This document shows, in pieces, positions 46,717-50,147 of a stretch of DNA of 50,147 bases. The translations under genes and the position numbers were made by a program. Source of the DNA: Deltaproteobacteria bacterium (GTDB lineage: Bacteria; SAR324; NAC60-12); the NCBI GenBank assembly GCA_038150265.1, contig JAYOTF010000024.1:1-50147 (forward strand). The letters run 5' to 3'. The notes under the pieces were generated by a model. The model made no database searches. It was not told the DNA's origin and was given only the letters and a program-made list of their open reading frames with translations. Every line of letters begins with the position of its first letter. Position 1 is the first letter of the stretch.

Positions 46717-48401
46717 CCCGCTGGTCGCCCCTGGCCCTCTTTCCCGGAGTGCTCCTGACCGGGCTGGTGCTTCCCATCCTCGTTGGGGTGCTGGGCGCGC
46801 TGCTTCCTGCGTTGGGCTACCTTCCGGCATTGGGACAGACCACCTGGGGGGTTCATGTCATGGCCGAGCTTCTTGCGCACCCGAGCGTGTTCCCCGCGCT
46901 TGGGCTGACGCTCCTGACGGGCCTGGGCTCCACGCTGCTGTCTCTCGGGCTGGCCCTGGGACTGGTGGGAGCCAGCTGGCGCACTCCCTGGCTCCGGAAG
47001 CTCTCCACCGGGCTGACGGCCCTGCTGGCGCTGCCTCATGCCGCCCTGGCGTTTGGACTCGCCTTCCTGCTCGCTCCCGGAGGGTGGATCGCACGAATGC
47101 TGGGAACCGTGCTGGCCTGGGAAACGCCTCCGGACTGGATCACCATTGGCGACCCCTGGGGCATCAGCCTCCTGCTCGGCCTGACCCTGAAGGAAACACC
47201 CTACCTCATCCTCATGACCCTGGCCGTGCTGCCTCAGGTTCAGGCGTCTTCCAGCTTTCGAGTGGCCACTGCGCTGGGGCACTCCCCCCAAAGCGCCTGG
47301 TGGCGTGCGGTGGTTCCACAGTTGCTGCCCCGCCTGCACCTCCCGCTGGGGGCCGTCCTCGCCTACTCGATCTCGAATGTGGACATGGCCCTGATTCTGG
47401 GTCCGGGAACGCCGCCGCCACTCGCGATGCTCCTCCTGCGCTTTCTGGATGCTCCGGACCTGAGCCAGCGACTCGTTGCAGCCGCCTGTGGCCTGCTCCT
47501 GCTCGTCCTCACCCTGGCCGCTGCTGTGTTCCTCCTTGCCCTGGAGGGGCTGCTGCTCCGAGGCTTCCGGAAGTGGATGACTCCGGGGCCCAGCGCCTCA
47601 CCGGGTTGGTCGTTTCCGGGAGCCAGCCTTTTGGGAAATGGGCTGGTCGTCGCATCCGGACTCTCGGTGCTGACCCTGGCGGTTCATTCCGTCGCACGAC
47701 GCTGGAGCTGGCCCCACGTCTGGCCCACGCAGTGGAGCCTGCGCTACTGGGAACGGCACCTTCACGGAGTCCTCGAGCTTGCTGGAGAAACCCTGCTCCT
47801 CGGCGTTGCAGCGACGCTGCTGGCGCTTCTGCTCTCCCTCGGCACCCTGGAGTTCCTCGCCGCTTCCGGACGCTCTGAGCTTTCGCACCCAGGCCTGGTT
47901 GCCCTTTACCTGCCGCTGCTGATTCCGCAGCCCGTCTTTCTGCTGGGAATCCAGACGCTGGCCGTCCGCTGGCACCTCGATGGCACCTGGGGGCTGGTGC
48001 TGTGGAGCCACCTGCTCTTTGTCGTCCCCTACCTCTTTCTCTCGCTTTCCGACGCCTGGCGGCAACTGGAGCCCCGCTACCTGGTCATTGCCCGATGCCT
48101 GGGCCTGAACCGCTGGCAGGTGTTCTGGCGCGTCAAGCTGCCGATGCTGGTCCAACCGATCCTGATCGCTGGAGCCCTGGGATTTTCTGTCAGCGTGGCC
48201 CTCTACCTCCCCACGCTGTTTGCCGGAGCCGGACGGGTCAGCACCCTCACCACGGAAGCGGTCAGCCGTGCTTCCGGAGCCGATCCTCGGCTCATCGGAG
48301 TGTACGCCCTGGTCCAGGCATTGCTTCCCCTTCTCATCCTCACCGGGGCCCTTGGGGGCAGTCGCGGGTGGCTTCGTCATCGCAGGGGATTGGCCGCATG
48401 A
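46713..48401 (+). CDS. ynjC: ABC transporter permease with two TM domains, YnjC-like
   Basis: PHAALAFGL, KETPY, VDMALILGP.TPP, YLPTLFAGAGR..TLTTEAV; GTGA overlap with ynjB. Confidence 0.88.
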   Translation: MTRWSPLALFPGVLLTGLVLPILVGVLGALLPALGYLPALGQTTWGVHVMAELLAHPSVFPALGLTLLTGLGSTLLSLGLALGLVGASWRTPWLRKLSTGLTALLALPHAALAFGLAFLLAPGGWIARMLGTVLAWETPPDWITIGDPWGISLLLGLTLKETPYLILMTLAVLPQVQASSSFRVATALGHSPQSAWWRAVVPQLLPRLHLPLGAVLAYSISNVDMALILGPGTPPPLAMLLLRFLDAPDLSQRLVAAACGLLLLVLTLAAAVFLLALEGLLLRGFRKWMTPGPSASPGWSFPGASLLGNGLVVASGLSVLTLAVHSVARRWSWPHVWPTQWSLRYWERHLHGVLELAGETLLLGVAATLLALLLSLGTLEFLAASGRSELSHPGLVALYLPLLIPQPVFLLGIQTLAVRWHLDGTWGLVLWSHLLFVVPYLFLSLSDAWRQLEPRYLVIARCLGLNRWQVFWRVKLPMLVQPILIAGALGFSVSVALYLPTLFAGAGRVSTLTTEAVSRASGADPRLIGVYALVQALLPLLILTGALGGSRGWLRHRRGLAA

Positions 48402-49045
48402 GCCTGGAACTGCATCAGCTGGAGCTGCGCTGGCAGGAGCCTCCGGGACGCCTGCTTGTGCCCCCGCTCACCTGCACCATTTCCCCCGGGCAACCCGTGA
48501 CGCTGATGGGGCCCAGTGGGTCGGGGAAGTCCACCTTGCTGGCCGCCCTCTGCGGAACCCTGCCGCCCGCCTTCTCCCTGCAGGGGCGCATCCGGCTGAA
48601 CGGACGGGAACTCACGGCGCTGGCTCCGGAAGCGCGCCGGGTCGGGATTCTCTTTCAGGACGACCTCCTGTTCCCGCACCTCAGCGTTGGGGAAAATCTG
48701 GCGTTTGGGCTGCCCCGAACCTTCCGGGGGAGCATCCGCCAGCAGAAGATCCAGGAGGCTCTTGAGCAACTGGAGCTGCCAGAGGCCGCCTCTCGAGACC
48801 CGGCCACCCTCTCCGGGGGTCAGCGTGCTCGGGTTTCACTGATGCGGACCCTGCTGGCCGAGCCTGAGGCCCTGCTGCTCGATGAGCCCTTTTCCAAGCT
48901 CGATCAGGCCCTCCGGCAGCGGTTCCGGTCCTTTGTCTTTGCTCATGCCGCCTCTCGGAAACTTCCGGTGCTGCTGGTGACTCATGACCCAGAGGATGCT
49001 CAGGCGGCAGGAGGTCCGGTGATCCACCTGTCGCTTCCGGAATGA
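48398..49045 (+). CDS. ynjD: ABC transporter ATP-binding protein, YnjD-like
   Basis: MGPSGSGKSTLL, LFQDDLLFPHLSVGENL, LSGGQRAR, LLDEPFSKLD, VTHD; ATGA overlap with ynjC. Confidence 0.9.
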   Translation: MSLELHQLELRWQEPPGRLLVPPLTCTISPGQPVTLMGPSGSGKSTLLAALCGTLPPAFSLQGRIRLNGRELTALAPEARRVGILFQDDLLFPHLSVGENLAFGLPRTFRGSIRQQKIQEALEQLELPEAASRDPATLSGGQRARVSLMRTLLAEPEALLLDEPFSKLDQALRQRFRSFVFAHAASRKLPVLLVTHDPEDAQAAGGPVIHLSLPE

Positions 49046-49147
49046 AGGGTCGTGGCCACTGGGCCCCGCCTGCTCGGAGGCCCTTGCGTTTTCCGGGGCG
49101 GCTCTTTAAAATTTTGAACCTTTGCACCCTTACAATAAGGTTTGTTT

Positions 49148-49624
49148 ATGAGTGATTCGTTTCCAATGACGAAAGCAGGTTACGAAAGCCTGAAAGCGGA
49201 ACTCAAGCACCTGACCTCTGTTGAACGTCCTGCCGTGGTCCAGGCCATTGCAGAAGCGCGGGAACATGGGGATTTGAAGGAAAATGCGGAATACCATGCC
49301 GCCAAGGAGCAGCAAGGCTTTATCGAGGGGCGCATTCAGGAACTGAACGGCAAGCTTGCCCGGGCCCAGGTCATTGATGTGGCCTCGCTTTCCGGGGGAA
49401 AGGTCATCTTTGGGGCAACGGTCAGCTTTGTGGACGTTGACACCGATGAGGAGCGCCAGTACCAGATTGTTGGCGAAGATGAAGCCGACCTGGAGCAGGG
49501 CAAGATTTCCGTTGGCTCTCCCATCGCCCGAGCGCTGATTGGGAAGCAGGTGGGCGACACCGTCGTCATCCCCATTCCAAAAGGAAAAATGGAAGTGGAA
49601 GTCCTGGAAGTGGAGTTTGCATGA
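49148..49624 (+). CDS. greA: Transcription elongation factor GreA
   Basis: [53 protein letters not shown]. Confidence 0.97.
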   Translation: MSDSFPMTKAGYESLKAELKHLTSVERPAVVQAIAEAREHGDLKENAEYHAAKEQQGFIEGRIQELNGKLARAQVIDVASLSGGKVIFGATVSFVDVDTDEERQYQIVGEDEADLEQGKISVGSPIARALIGKQVGDTVVIPIPKGKMEVEVLEVEFA

Positions 49625-50040
49625 AGACCCCACCGTTTCATTTGGCCTTCCCGATTCGGGACCTGGAGGCCACCCGGCAGTTTTATGTGGAGGTCCTCGG
49701 CTGCACCGTTGGACGCAGCGCTGAGCGCTGGATTGACTTCAACTTCTTTGGGCACCAACTCTCCGCCCATGTGAAGCCGGAGGAGACGCAACCGGTTCAG
49801 GCCAACGGGGTCGACGGCAAGTCGGTTCCGGTTCGGCACTTTGGAGCGGTGCTGGAGTGGGAGCACTGGCATGAGCTCGCCGAGCAGCTCCAGGCCCAGA
49901 AGGTGCGTTTCATCATTGAGCCCTACATTCGCTTCAAGGGAGAAGTGGGCGAGCAAGCCACCATGTTCTTCCTCGACCCCTCGGACAATGCCATTGAGCT
50001 GAAGTCCTTTCAGCATCCGGAACAGCTCTTTGCCACCTGA
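49621..50040 (+). CDS. VOC/glyoxalase family protein
   Basis: [48 protein letters not shown]. Confidence 0.92.
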   Translation: MKTPPFHLAFPIRDLEATRQFYVEVLGCTVGRSAERWIDFNFFGHQLSAHVKPEETQPVQANGVDGKSVPVRHFGAVLEWEHWHELAEQLQAQKVRFIIEPYIRFKGEVGEQATMFFLDPSDNAIELKSFQHPEQLFAT

Positions 50041-50147
50041 ACGACTGGAGCGGATGGAGGCTCGCCAGCGGTTCCCCTCTTTGCCCTGCTCTTTGCCCTG
50101 TGCCCATGAGTTTTCTGGGAATGACTGAGTACGAGAAGGAATACCTG

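Noticed and set aside
50121..50147. Possible gene start MTEYEKEYL at the window edge
   Set aside because: Only nine codons visible; cannot be supported.
1..50147. tRNA, rRNA, riboswitch, transposase, integrase or prophage genes
   Set aside because: None recognised by eye; intergenic gaps are short and show no such signatures, though a covariance-model scan was not possible.

Overview
GC-rich (roughly 60-65% by eye) bacterial chromosomal window; gene content suggests a marine deltaproteobacterium-like organism such as SAR324, but that is only inference. Left to right: (1) the N-terminal ~920 codons of a large repeat lipoprotein on the minus strand that runs off the window and is absent from the ORF track; (2) fbp and an orphan; (3) a Pfa-type iterative PUFA/secondary-lipid synthase: pfaA (KS-AT-ACPx3, with its KR-DH part in the -1 frame behind an A9 slippery run) and a fused pfaBC (KS-CLF-AT-DH domains), with no enoyl reductase or PPTase in view; (4) a ~20 kb sugar catabolism cluster (aldo-keto reductase, FGGY kinase, apiose-isomerase-like TIM barrel, two ribokinases, AcoABC-type TPP complex, cyclase, RbsD/FucU, CUT1 ABC transporter, shikimate-DH-like protein, lactonase, SDR, cupin PGI, rhamnulokinase); (5) YitT, DedA, a flavoprotein disulfide reductase, ChrA, a REP-like palindrome array, YnjBCD, greA and a VOC protein. 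Top leads: a candidate programmed -1 recoding site splitting pfaA at the ACP/KR boundary; window-wide HIP1-like over-representation of TCCGGA; a probable ketose-phosphate cleavage route using an acetoin-dehydrogenase-type complex; and strong enrichment of D-N-X-S/T motifs in the surface lipoprotein. All family assignments are from motif recognition, not database searches; counts were done by hand.
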